Source: Cirrosporium novae-zelandiae (taxonomy: Eukaryota). Taken from it: a DNA stretch of 64,000 nucleotides. The stretch lies in the NCBI GenBank assembly GCA_026023565.1, contig JAPETS010000003.1, forward strand, positions 1,054,001 through 1,118,000, given 5' to 3'. Positions within the stretch are counted from its first letter, which is position 1. Every line of letters starts with the position of its first letter. The position numbers and the translations under genes are program-made. A model generated the notes under the pieces. That model did no database searches and was not told where the DNA came from. It worked only from the letters and a program-made list of their open reading frames with translations. Positions 48,601 to 60,162 of the stretch are shown here, in pieces.

Positions 48601-50031
48601 ATCTGCAGGCCCTTCAGGAGTGAGGTCCAGAGACTCCGAGCCATTTTCACATGGGTCAGTGAGAAGATTTCTTGGGAGGAGGATTTTGAGGGTAAAGTTG
48701 ATACCAAAAGAGTCATTCAAAGTAAACGTGGTTCTGCACAAGAAGCTTCTGTGCTTATTCTGGAGATGTGTGACGCAGTAGGCATACACTGTGAAGTTGT
48801 CAGAGGATACCTGAAAACTCCAGGGGAAACATTAGAGTTTGATAACGCTGCGAGGCCAAATCATTGGTGGAATGCCGTTCTAGTTGAAGGGGAATGGCGA
48901 ATTATGGATTGCTCGCTCGCAAGTCCAACGAATCCATTAAGATGTCGCTATTCTGCCGCCTCCTCTCAAGCTGCAGAAAGCTGGTATTTCTTAGCCAGAC
49001 CCATGGAGATCTGCTATACCCATGTTCCTCTTCTTCCGGAACAACAACACATCTGCCCCCCGGTAACTCATGACATCCTAATGGCTCTTCCCTGTGCCTG
49101 CCCGCCTTTTTTTAAGAATAGTCTCCAGATGCATGAATTTGACACCAGCATGACCCGTATCGAAAACCTTGAGCTCGTGCACGTTCAAGTTAACGTTCCC
49201 GCCGATGTCGAATGCGTTGCGGAAGTTGAGGCCCGTGCATTTGAGCAGGATGCTGACGGGGACTTCTTCGAGAATGGTGATACAGTCACAAAGCGCGCCT
49301 TAGCTCAGGCAGACTGGATAAGCGGGATGAAACGCTATACCATCAAAGGGTGTCTACCTGGGGATGAAGGTGAAGGGATTTTGAAGGTATACGCGGGGAA
49401 AAGAGGGATGATGCACTCCATCAAGGATAATCCACATCCGCTCGCATTTGCACTACCAATTCTGCATACTGGGAAAAATCCCCCGTATGAATTCCTGGTG
49501 CGACATCCTACGCCCCATGCCCAGCGGCATGATCTCTATGTAATACAACCCCAATGCTCCAAACTCGCAGTCAACAACACCTTCGTCTTCGCTGTCCGTC
49601 AACATCCCTCTTCACTCTCTTCAATGTCCATATCATCCGAGACCCCCGGACGAACCTCCCCCATGCCATTTGGCCGCCCCACATCTGCCCTATCTATGAC
49701 CCCCTCCACCGTCTCCGCAGTCTCCTCCGCCTACAACTCCAACCCCTCCACCACCTCAACCGACTACTTCAACTCAAAACCCATTTCCGGAAATGGAATC
49801 ATGCAACAGTACAAGCCAGCCAAACTAGCAATTCAGGCGCCGGGAGGCAAGATCCTTCGGCTGATGCGGAAGGCCGAGAACACCATCAGCACCAGCGGTA
49901 ATGGCGAGGGCACCGATGGAAGCGTCTGGGAAACGATCATCAAGATCGGAGAGAGAGGCACGTGGAGGGGTCTAGTATTGGCCGACCGTAGCGCAAGATG
50001 GTGCGTCTTCGGTGAATGGGAATGCGTGTGA
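45637..50031 (+). CDS. CYK3: Cytokinesis protein Cyk3 (SH3 plus transglutaminase-like domain)
   Basis: N-terminal SH3 (CRAVYSWGGETKRDLGFIEGDLIECL...WWMG...GLFPSNFV). TGase-like core LRAIFTWVSE...CEVVRGYLKTPGE...NHWWNAVLVEGEWRIMDCSLA. C-terminus ARWCVFGEWECV. Confidence 0.93.
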   Translation: MATAAPALPSRFPCWCRAVYSWGGETKRDLGFIEGDLIECLNAGDGSWWMGRLRRDKRMMGLFPSNFVEVLPEDFRPPSGSLRHNGSRATSPQPSSIPKKAKTFRKPFQAYNEVKGPSGTSARTNGAASSSIPQKTKSSYTKPFQAYARANHPNPAAVARENLSRMSSSDTKQTPFRPSSRDNRQAPYRTSSKDTRVSHLRASSFDNRQSPSRNSSTDNRLVRHQPSYSDSRQPQQIYHRPSYSENMEIHPIQHRPSYSEDMQTRQIQHRPSYSENVEVQRRPSYVDNMQIQPMQHRPSYSDNMQIQQIQHRPSYSEDAEPQRRPSYVDNMQIQQIQHRSSYSENFEMQRRPSYADNMQIQQTQHRASSSESRMDMALVPYRMPSTDSRQIPSRMSSIDDRQQMHSRMSSYDDGEQTSRMPSIDDRRVPSRMPSIDDRQVPSRMSSIDDRSYNPGDASPTAFEGYHSRSHSPSPMLDHGSSPPPPPPPHRVTYSSQQRASATPSPTPSAMNDRYPTISRQPSPAPPSTEAYDHTPSPLRDAMDDVMSSLQDMELRPGPPSPSPGAPSPEPLDPWSPSAFDDIHRQASSRARMRPRTSLGIGSKEEEDDYDDYDSNEQNQAFGNNYQDRPPELNNYVQRMESRLRQMQAQESHPPPTPTHGDPSRGPEPPPKDSPYYARPYSAMGKPTSSSAVELNSRLKQKISAWELGRNSTVKSNSTNASSGVQSNATTSTNSSGPSLMSGQSAGGFSATSAGSLARRAARFGSMRKSRPMSAFGHRSNDMYDRAMASSRPDTPMTGISYHSSHDSKSGSTAHASANVSETAGIFGGLAVPKPKKSGFFKKIFESAKTGAASARSNISQHSRPNSPTKHMGPNGITAIAGGTTASNMGLGGTMDWMEVRRDVNRSNSLSLIEKNERKDRCAMMDHPVIDPVGVLYEAAEGDESIDGLPVSEPTNFQVVANLALVDKSARFINSIPPMVNAVSLSQGYICRPFRSEVQRLRAIFTWVSEKISWEEDFEGKVDTKRVIQSKRGSAQEASVLILEMCDAVGIHCEVVRGYLKTPGETLEFDNAARPNHWWNAVLVEGEWRIMDCSLASPTNPLRCRYSAASSQAAESWYFLARPMEICYTHVPLLPEQQHICPPVTHDILMALPCACPPFFKNSLQMHEFDTSMTRIENLELVHVQVNVPADVECVAEVEARAFEQDADGDFFENGDTVTKRALAQADWISGMKRYTIKGCLPGDEGEGILKVYAGKRGMMHSIKDNPHPLAFALPILHTGKNPPYEFLVRHPTPHAQRHDLYVIQPQCSKLAVNNTFVFAVRQHPSSLSSMSISSETPGRTSPMPFGRPTSALSMTPSTVSAVSSAYNSNPSTTSTDYFNSKPISGNGIMQQYKPAKLAIQAPGGKILRLMRKAENTISTSGNGEGTDGSVWETIIKIGERGTWRGLVLADRSARWCVFGEWECV
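46297..46990 (+). repeat. Two coding tandem-repeat arrays within CYK3 (HRPSYS-type and RM[PS]SIDD-type)
   Basis: About 11 units of Q[HR]RPSY[SVA][ED]N spaced 11-15 aa apart, followed by about 6 units of SRM[PS]SIDDRQVP. Confidence 0.9.
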
Positions 50032-50595
50032 TTTTGAAATTCTGTGTCGTTGCATTCTTTGGGCGAGGACGTCTGGCGTTGCTCAACTGCGGGTTTGTCC
50101 CAACCGCTTTGCATTTTTTAGGTGTTTCTCTAGGTACATGTCCAAAAGTTCTTGGTTTGTTACACTCCCTAGGCATTTTATATCTTGCCGTATCTGTTTA
50201 CATATAGACGGAGTTGTATTTTTTTCTTTCTGGTTTCTTATGTGTGAGGGCTTGAAGGAACCTTTTTATGCATGGCATGTGCATTTTCATGATGAGCGGG
50301 ATAAATCTCTTGGAAGAGGGAATCGGATTCTAAGGAGATGGAAGGGATTGTATGGAATGGGGGTTTGGTGTACGATATCCATTGAGCTGAACCTTTCCTG
50401 GGTCCAGGATCTCAATTACAATTGGGCAATCAGGGCCGCAAACGAGGGTATAATAACTTTACAAGAACGAATATACTTAATATTACAATTTTTAATCTTC
50501 ATATCGCTGTTTGGTGACGGTCGTGCCATGAGAGAAGGAGTGTGCATGCAGGTGAACAAGGCTTCAAACGTAAATATCCCCAAACAGGATTATAA

Positions 50596-52553
50596 CTAGT
50601 CACTTGGCTTATTTTCGGCAAGCCAGAAAATATCGCCCTCGTCATCTTCGTAGAGATCAATTCCCGCACTCTGTGCAGCTTCAACAAATGTACGGAGGCA
50701 GTCGCCTCCAATTTCGTTTGCAAGGTCCCATGGTGACTCGGTGAGTTCTGCTGGGAATGCTGCCCCGGCCCCCATGTGGTGATATACCTTCCAATATACA
50801 TTGGACGGGGCACCTTTCACATGGGGATCTGCACCTTTACGAAACAAACATGTCAAGACCTCCTTTGATGCTGCTCTCGTCGCAAGGTGTAGGAATGTCT
50901 ATCTACCGGAGTCTTGATAATTGATGTCAAACTCAGCTGGAAGTAACTCGTTCAGGACCGTATGCCTTTTTTTGTCAACAGCTTGATGAGCTGGAATCCA
51001 GCTCCCAAGACGCTCGGTTGGGTCGGCTCCTTGAGCTATTAGTAGCCTAACCATTTCGAGACTTCCGAATGCTGCAGCGCGATGGAGAATGGTCCAACCG
51101 TCCGCATCCCGTGTTACTAAGGGAGGAAAACAGCATTCCATAACCAAGATTCTCAAGCAATCTAGGCCAGCTTCATCATCGCCTCTAGTCACTGCGAAAA
51201 GATAGAACATGTTTGTCCAGCCTGTTGAATCAGTTTGCCATGGGCAGGCCTCGTAACTGAGCAGGAGTCGCACAATATCTACGTCTCGATGGTAAAGTGC
51301 CAATTGCAAAACGGTCCTAATCTGGATTAGAAATGTGGTATATTCATATACATCAGAACCACAGAACATACTTACATCCCAAAAACTTCATTTACTATCG
51401 TATTAGGATCTGTCCCGTTTTCGAGTAGGAAAGCCACCAAATTAGCATTGGCACTTTCTATCGCAAGCTACACGGGTTGTTAGGACGTTCATTGTTGGAA
51501 ACACATGAATTGATTACCTCTAGTGGAGATTCTCCGTGTTCCGTAAGATCAAAGGGACTCGCTTCTCGACTTTCAAATAACTTCTGAACGGTTTCTAGAT
51601 CACCATTCCGACAAGCGTTCATTATCCGAGATTGTTCTCGCACAATCCTTTGAGTGAATAGAGTGCATTCTAGTCTTGATATGGGAAATGTCCGCATACC
51701 AAACCCTATTACTAGGATATAGCGGAACGGAAGAGAAATCATCACTCTATATTGATATCGTGTTCCTCTACGATATATGGAGGAGATGAACGACCAACGG
51801 ATTCTTCGAGTATACAGCTGCCCATCCTCTACAGTATGAGAACATGTCATTGCTAGCATGGGGGCGAGTGATCCAACTCTAGCGTTAGGTAAATTAGCTG
51901 CAATGCTAATTTATCTCTTGGGGGACTGAGAAAGATGATGCGCCAGTGATTGTGTTGTGTTTTTTTCATGGCGTCCAGCTACACTAGCCATGTCGATGGC
52001 CATACGGCTCTCAGGACGTAATTCGAGCCTATTGACAAGTCTCGACAGTAACGAAATGGTAAGCATCTGAATCCGCCTATTATTTCATAAGATGGTAATT
52101 TGTAGCAACGCCAGAGAATTGTGTTTACCATTGTATAGAACTTATAGCTAACATAAGGTCCGCCTCTGCATTTTCCAAAGATGATGAAAGGCGGCAGCTC
52201 GATGATCTGCCTGATATTACCCATTTAAGTTTAGTTCGTTGTCTCTGAGAATTGTTGTACTAGTTGCTAATTCCTTTAATTTCCTTAGCGATATTTGATG
52301 TCGTCTCCAGGGCCTGGGTTAAAGGCTCCTAGCATTGATGCGAAGTATCTTTGCCCGTGGTGACGGATGATTGAAGCTGAACCTGGTGAATATCTTCCAA
52401 AAGGGATTGTAGGAATGTTGCTTTTGTCGATATATCCTGGATTTGCTTGGGAGCATTCACAAAGTCATGGGAGAGTTCGGTGATTCCTTTTGTAGCCTTG
52501 CAGATTAAGTCCACTAGAGCTACAATAGATGCTGCTTCTCCAACTACCGCCAT
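50596..52553 (-). pseudogene. Pseudogenised protein with a fungal N-terminal helical (HeLo-like / STAND N-terminal type) domain and ankyrin repeats
   Basis: N-terminus MAVVGEAASIVALVDLI...FVNAPKQIQDI...RTKLKWVI. Ankyrin repeats LAIESANANLVAFLLENGTDPN, GWTILHRAAAFGSLEMVRLLIAQGADP and TFLHLATRAASKEVLTCLFRKGADP. In-frame TAG stops at 52331-52329, 52262-52260 and 50901-50899, plus an apparent frameshift at ~51860-51900. Confidence 0.8.
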
Positions 52554-55500
52554 AGAAGTGATATTTTATCATTCGAATAGCCTCAAGTGTGAGGTTTGTA
52601 TGCTTCGGGGAAGTTGGAGTCGCCTTATTCTATTATGTTAGTAGGCTACCCAGCCTTGCCAAGGAAGGAGCTGGATGTTTGGAAGAAACGGAACGGGAAA
52701 GGGCAAAACAGACAAGGCAAATACAGCAGCCCCTCAACACAATCATCACGTTCGAGGGATTATCATACCTAACCCGCAGTTGATTAACATCATTCTAACT
52801 CTCATCATCTTTCAACTAGAGATTGTTCCTTTACATCTCCAAACTTCCAAGAATCCTAACTATCCCCCATAAATAGCTATGTATTGCGACGGTTGGGGTA
52901 AAACTATCGTCCAGGGCTGGACCTGCGTAAGCTTTAACGGTTACGAATAGTAAATTTTCAATACTGATAACTTTAGTGTTGTTGTGGCAGCAGCGGTATC
53001 ATTCCGGCTAATACATTGTCATGTCCAGTTTGTGGACACAAGCGTTGCGCGTATGGAGATTATTCGACTTATCTACGGCATCGCTAGAAAAGGTTAATAT
53101 ACGCAGGTTTTGCGCAATGCAACGGATACTCTTGCCTAGAGGAGCTACATGTGAGGGTAAACAGGTAGCAGAGGGTCTATTAGCAAGATGGGATACGGTA
53201 TTAAATTTGGGCGAAGTGATAAATGAATATTTGGTTAGTACCGGATTAGCCTATGATAATAACACCCAGGGGCTTGGAAGGGGAATTTGTTGGTGGCATG
53301 ATGATAATGATGATAAGAACGTCTTTCAGAGGAGGGTAAGGATGTGAGCACTGTGAAGATGGCTGCGAGGGAGCAAAGTGGCCAGTTCAGGATTCAATGA
53401 AAGAAATTGAATGACCAGAATAGCTGTTGATGAATTTAAAGTAAAGAAATATCAAAGCTGATGAAAACAAAGTTTCTCCAGCTGCAGTGCCTCCCCACAA
53501 ATTGCCAACTCTAAAAGCTTGATAGTTCAAGTCTCGGGACCATGACCAATTCGGTTTGGCTGATGATGGAACCGACGGCTTAGGCTCCTGAGGGAGTTTC
53601 TAGAAATTCAATTTTCTATAACAATCTAGATTGAATGGAGTGGGGGCTAAGAGCTTTCTATGTAGTCTCATCGTGACTTGTATAGGGCTATGTCTAGATT
53701 TTTGAAGTCAGCTAGAATGGTCTAAGAGAGAGGCTTGGACAGGAACTCAGCATCTCCATTGAAACAAACCATGAAACAATCATGTTATTGATCTTGCCGC
53801 ACGTGTGTAGCCAATTCTGATATTTGGCATACTATGTGAAACATCATGTCTAGAGAATCATCGTTGCAATAAACTCTAGCATATTAATGTCTGTCAATGA
53901 TGGTCGATTTCGCCTCAAAATACGTTGAAAGGGTATGTCAAGCTCGACAAGCTTTTTAGTGCTCTCAAACCATCTCCTTGGATCAGTCAATGTTGCACGG
54001 ACAAATCACCTTTAAATTCATATGAGTACCACAGATGACGACAAGAAGATTGCACGGTTGCTGTATTCAACCATGTGCATTTATTAGAGAGTCATCTACA
54101 AACAGCATCATTGTTTCCTCACGGCTTCATCCGCGAAACATCGCATACCATTGCACTCCTTTTCCCATTGAACGATAGGCAGACGGTTAATGGTCTTAGA
54201 AAGATTGTGAGACATCCACTTGACCCGGCAGCAATCACCTTCGAAAGTCGATGAGCGAAAGATAGAAAATTTCCGCTACTAGAGATATCGATTGGCGATA
54301 CTAAAGTAAATTTTCGATGAGGCGGAACCTTGGATGTTATCCTAGTGGTGCCATGACTATTAAAGAAGGGTGCAATAGTCAACACTTCGGGTAGTAGTAA
54401 CGGTACCAGCTCTCACTGCAGTTTTTGGTTTGATTCAGTCTATTGAAGGGGAATTTCGAGGGTATAATACATATCATCCATCATAATTGTCGTAATGGGA
54501 CAATCTAGGATCTGCAGAAAATTTGAAAGAGAATTTTCGAATCCCGACGATGAGCGAAGACTAAAAATACTTCCGTATACGTTCTCTGGTACAAGAAATC
54601 GGTATTAGCATTTGCATCATAAACATCGGGTGGGGGCAAGACTAGGCTTCCCATCTACTCCACGAGCTTGCTCTCCAGGCTGAATCAATATGGTGACGAA
54701 GGTGGATGACGAACACGGGAAATGCTGGCCAAGCACCGTTGGCCGTTAGTTGTATCCGTTATCTTAATTGAGCCTGGATACAATGGTCGGGATCCACACA
54801 TATCAACCCATGAGAGACATCCATCAAGAGATACAAGGGCAGAAAGCGGAAAAACAATAGCCAAGGCCACACCAAAGCACTTAAAATGGTGGTCATTATA
54901 AGCTAGCTATAGTAAATGATTCTATTGACTTGAAAGAGAATAAGAAATAAAATAGATATTAAAAGGGAACCCTTGATGGTTAAAAAATCACCCTTGTGGA
55001 CAAATGGAGAGATGTTAGTTAGCCAGACGATTAAGACGAACAAGCAAAAGATTCACAAATAGCACCATCATTATTCCCACCCTTCCCCATTGACGTAAGA
55101 GGTAATCTATTTTGATGATATTCTGCAAGTCTAGAGAGATTCAAAATCCTACCGCATCCACCCACATGCTAGAAGCATCATTGGGGTATTGTAGGAATTC
55201 CGGAACCAAAGCATATTCAATAAATCTATTATGTGGATGCACGAAAACGTAGTTGGATGATCTTCAACAGATTTAGATAATATCATAGCGGCCAAACCAC
55301 TCTTGAGCTAATACTTGGAAAAGGATTGACAGTAGATCTTACCCTCCCACATGCCAAATTGCCGCCCACGACGCATTGCCGTCTACAATCTGGGGTCATT
55401 GGCGTCTACCGTGATGCACGTTATGATTAAGTACTAACAAATGTGAAGAAAAGCCTTGGTCAGGGATGGATCAGTTCTAAACTTAAGATGTCTTAGATGG

Positions 55501-56921
55501 CAGATATGTGATAAGTAGATAAGTACCCATAGTCCAGTACTTCCTTGTATGCTCCAGGAAGGGTTCTCCAGGTCAAAGTGGAGAGGGTGAGTAGATGCCC
55601 AAAACTTTAGCAATATTAGTATCCCTATTTGGGGCCAGCTCTTAGATTGATTTTAGACGTTGTGATGACAATATATGAGAGCTAAATATTTTTTTTTTCC
55701 ATATTCATGTTTCTACATTAAGGGGGGGAGAAAAAGGATGTTTTTTTTGGTGGGTTTAATCTATTAAGATCTTCAATGGAGCGGATTAATGTATTCAAGG
55801 TGTTGATCGGAGAGGAGCTGTAAGGTGATACTGGATGATTTGAACAAAAACAGTAATTGTACATTATGCAAAGTATTGGATGCATAGATGCATTATTGTG
55901 GTATGCAGAGTCCAAAGACTTCGAAACGGCCCCAAGATGACGATGGACCCTGGGGGGCTCCTGAATCAACAGGGCTGCGTCATTGGACCGATAATAGGCG
56001 AGCGGCTCATCCTTGAATTTTATCACAGCCCCGGCACTTTTTGACATCACTCAACGTCAGTCATTTTCTTTTCTCTTTACTCTCTTTCTCTTTGTTTTTT
56101 TTTTTACTTTTCTTTTCTTTTGTACAAAGTACTTGTCCGCTGTATCATCTGAATTAACTAATTCCTATAATAATGACCTCATCGCTTTACAACAGTACCG
56201 TGAACTCGGTCTTCAGGGTCTCTTTCATTTGTAGGTTATTCAATGGGTGTCCAACTTTATCTATGAACTCTATTGCTTTCAGGTGCTTTGTTACGCTTGT
56301 ATCCACCGTTGATGACCAGTTGATGTAGTTACCCGGGACCCTGATTCTTTGTTGATTGATTATAAGCCAATCAATGAAGTACGATCCGTGAACCCTTGCT
56401 TAACTAGGATGCTAGGCCCTCTAGGACAGCCGGACTACTGTGTAGGGGATTGGAGGAATACTGAAGTCGAGGCAGAATTTAGACTAGACGTCAGGAATGA
56501 TGAGAAGGTTTTGGTGGAAAACAGTTGAATGCAAGAGGCACAGTTAGTGGTGGCGGGAAACTTTCATGGTTGGATGGAAATGCCATGCATTGGTGGCCTA
56601 AAGAGTGTCAAGAATGCATCAACTATGCTTGAAAGAGGATTGATCGACTAAGTCTCATCATATCCTTCACTCTATCCATGAAACCATTTGAATCATCCTA
56701 TCATTTTCCCGTTTCCTTCCATCAACCTAACCTTTGGTGCCCTTTTCTTGGACCCTGTAGTCATCATTCTTTCAGCCCATACATCACCGAACACTGCAGC
56801 AAAATTTCCTATGCTTAGATCATTCCCTAATTTGGCCCCCCTACTTTTTCATTAGACCACATCATATATATTCTCGACACCCCTTCCTGACTTTCCACCT
56901 TCATATTCACTCAATATTTCG

Positions 56922-56922
56922 C

Positions 56923-56960
<38 letters not shown>
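56922..56960 (+). repeat. (CAA)13 microsatellite in the probable 5' UTR of the small gene at 57103
   Basis: Perfect CAA run about 140 bp upstream of the ATG. Confidence 0.9.
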
Positions 56961-57102
56961 CCAAATATTTTCACCAACCCGCTTCCTGTGCTTCAGAATT
57001 GACGTTACCCTGCTGTACACTAAATATTTCTTCTATCATATTTTGTTGAGTGGCTAGTCTATCAGCATTTAGCCTAAGTTCTTGTCATCAATATCGTCTA
57101 TC

Positions 57103-57443
57103 ATGTCTACTACCGCCATCTACCATACTTCAGATATCACCAGCCCTACAGCTGCGCAGCAGAACTTTGCTCAACATCGAGAATATGTTGATCCTATGCA
57201 AGCTATGACTTCCTATGCTCGGTATGGCTTGAGAATCCTAAGCATAATACATGTCTATTTCCAAAGATTGGTTGACTAATGCATTATGATAGGACAATGC
57301 ACGAGCATACCAAGCACCAAATGGAAAGTGCTACTCGACCTTCCAGGCGTCGCTCTCCACAAAATGCTGCCGTCGATGCTATGAACAGTCATGGTCTCCT
57401 TACAGAATCCAGTGCTTCAAGTATATCATCACACGCTTCCTAG
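57103..57443 (+). CDS. Small hypothetical protein, 89 aa
   Basis: Exon 1 is 57103-57221, the intron is 57222-57292 (GTATGG...GACTAAT...ATAG) and exon 2 is 57293-57443. Translation: MSTTAIYHT...DPMQAMTSYARTMHEHTKHQMESA...SISSHAS*. Confidence 0.72.
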
Positions 57444-58986
57444 CGTCAAAACTTCAGCACGCAATGATGAACAACTGCACATATATTCTGAATACATGAA
57501 TCCCATATTGTCGCGATATTAGCATTGAATTTGTGTTTTACAAGAGCAGGAGCGCGGGAGCGAGCATATGACTGAAAATTCCGGCGTTATTCACTTGCTT
57601 ATACAATACTACCCCAAAACTGCGAGCACTTAGTTGACTCGCAGCGAGTTACAAACGGACCAATATGTCCGTATTTGTATTTGCCAGCAAATAGTCTGGC
57701 TATGTTAAGGCGTCAGCAACATAATGCCCTTGGGTGGTCGTTTTTCATCTTGTGTCTCTTTGGCATGACGACGACAGAGATGGGACGATACAGAGTATGA
57801 TGATCTATCAGGACCTCCAGCCTGAGAAATTATCTTCAACTCTCTACTCATTTTGAAATCGGTAGGGGGGAGATGATGGTGGCCGAGGAGAGTTGCATGA
57901 CAAAACTAGGGGAGGGGTTGGGTATCGTGTATCCATGAACCTACCCCATTTAGCCATGAGTTAAATGACTCCAATGATGATTGACCAAATACATTTCATA
58001 TTATTGCGGTTCACCCGGACAGGACCGTGTAGATGGGCATATTAATGATTATTGATAGTCTTGGCAAGTTTAGAAGGTATACGGGCCCTTCCGATATGAC
58101 GATTGCCAGTATACGTAGGCCAAGTAGCTCCCCGACACATATCCATCAGACATTTTGAGACATTTTCAAAGCCTCGGCACGTGCTCGGATATGGGAAATG
58201 TTATCTGCTTGAAGCGTGTTGCCTAAGGCTACAAACTTGGTCTAACGCTTCCAGGTCTAGTCCCATTTATATAACTAGCGTAGAATTGAGAATACAATCA
58301 ACCTCAACTACACGACCAAATATAATTATCTACCTGGGTAATTACTCTCATGTTCATGAACGGAATAGATATCAATTTTGTGTCACTAGTTCCATGATCA
58401 GCATTTCTAGCCTGTATTCTCCAAATCCCCGAGTGCCTGACGCCTTATTGTTCCGTGAGTGGATAGCAACCTTTCATCTACCAAAGAGGGCGTTCTTAAC
58501 CCTATATCTTGGCATTGGAATACTCGCAGCCTACACAGCCTCATTCAAAAGGCAGTGTATGTGTAGGCAGGATAATACTCACCAGTATTTTAATCCTCGA
58601 GGGCCATTGAATCTTGAGAAGCCTTTTTGCGACCAGCTGATTCCGGTTGCCCACTTTGATTTGCAATTATGAACGTTTGACTCCTGCCAACCCCTCAGCC
58701 ACCTAGTTAAAATCCTTATAATAGCCTTTCAGCATGCGATTGTCTCTTCACTATTTAAATCTAGCTGCTATCACTGCTGCTACAAGTGTCTACTGACACT
58801 TTCTGGGGTTTAATCAATCGTACGCAATCAATTTCAACAATTTCAGCAACCAGGCATTTCCATACAAACTTCCAGAGCCAAAAACAATAACCACATGCAC
58901 CATCGCAAACCTATAATTACAGCTATTGCAATTACAAACGAAATCCAATCACTCCTCAAAGATTTCATTTTTTACTTCTCTTCGAC

Positions 58987-60162
58987 ATGGGTTATGGCAC
59001 ATTCAACGAACAAAACCGGGCTCCGTGCCCCTCCAAAACCCATCTCGCGTCTCGCTGCAAAAATGGGTATACACGACAATCCATTCCCAAAATACACATT
59101 TCCTGTTCAACCACAGAGTCACAAGATGGCGAAGAACCGAGTAGAGACTCGGCCATCTCAATGAGCCCAGATGACCACCCGTTTTCTCCAACTCTAATTC
59201 GGCCCGGAAGTAGTCAGTCTAGCATCAACCTCTGGGCTGAAGAGACGAATCAGAATCAGCTTGAGCAAGAAGAGGAGGAAGATGAGGAAGCATCACTCAC
59301 TTCCTCCCCTTTTCCTTCTTCCTCTTCTTCAGAAACAGATCCCCTAATCTCTCACGCCGAACCCTCAAACGCAAGATGGTACCGGCGCCTTTCGAATATC
59401 TACAGCGCCTTTTTTTATACCACCACATCCCAAACCCCCAAACCAGCCTCAACTCAATCCCTAGGATACACATTCACCCAACCCGCAAGCATTGCGCTCT
59501 CAAAACCCACCGACCTCACCATCACCCTCACATACGGAACCCTGCACGAATTCCTGAGCCATTCCAAGATCAACCACCTACTAAGAGACACAAAACCCCG
59601 AAAAACGGGTCAAAAATGCATTGGAACATCCCCGCGAACTACCTCCTCCTCCTTCATCACATACAGGTCCTCCGCCCCGACAAGCGAAAACCGCAGATAC
59701 AATTTCACAGTCACCACAGACTTAACAGTCCACAGGTACGGAAAACCGCTCGAGTACTATGGCAAGGATTTCCTACACGTACGGAAAACCGTAGAGGATA
59801 CAAGAGACGAGAACCCGGAGGCTGATGCCGAGGCCTGGAAAGTGCAACAGCAACAGCAACAACTTCGAGAGGCTGAAGAACAACAGCAAGCGGCGGCAAC
59901 AACAAAAACGGGAAGAAAGAAATTATCCTCCTTTGAATTAGACGAGATGACAGCTTCATCTTCGTCTTCGTCCTCTTCTACTTCCTTTAGTGCTTTACCC
60001 TCCTCCTCCTCCCCATCCCTCCTCGATTCCCCACAACCTTCACTCACTACCGCCAAGACCAAGACCAACCTTCCCCTCTCCCCAACCCCAAACGACCTAA
60101 ACTACATACCGTTCAACATCTCCTCTAACCCTGGGAAGCGCTCTCTAATCTCTACAATATAA
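58987..60162 (+). CDS. Hypothetical low-complexity (Ser/Thr/Gln-rich) protein
   Basis: 391-codon open frame with acidic, poly-Q and poly-S tracts and no recognisable domain. The start is uncertain. Confidence 0.55.
   Translation: MGYGTFNEQNRAPCPSKTHLASRCKNGYTRQSIPKIHISCSTTESQDGEEPSRDSAISMSPDDHPFSPTLIRPGSSQSSINLWAEETNQNQLEQEEEEDEEASLTSSPFPSSSSSETDPLISHAEPSNARWYRRLSNIYSAFFYTTTSQTPKPASTQSLGYTFTQPASIALSKPTDLTITLTYGTLHEFLSHSKINHLLRDTKPRKTGQKCIGTSPRTTSSSFITYRSSAPTSENRRYNFTVTTDLTVHRYGKPLEYYGKDFLHVRKTVEDTRDENPEADAEAWKVQQQQQQLREAEEQQQAAATTKTGRKKLSSFELDEMTASSSSSSSSTSFSALPSSSSPSLLDSPQPSLTTAKTKTNLPLSPTPNDLNYIPFNISSNPGKRSLISTI

Noticed and set aside
50012..50599. 195-aa ORF downstream of CYK3
   Set aside because: It has 3' UTR-like composition, overlaps the CYK3 stop and has no recognisable motifs.
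50596..52553. TAG read-through or an alternative genetic code, suggested by repeated in-frame TAG codons
   Set aside because: Intact genes here end in TAG (e.g. cipC, the Zn2Cys6 TF), and this gene also has a frameshift. Decay is the simpler explanation.
58103..58672. 189-aa ORF
   Set aside because: TTG start, no motifs, and composition like promoter/intergenic DNA.
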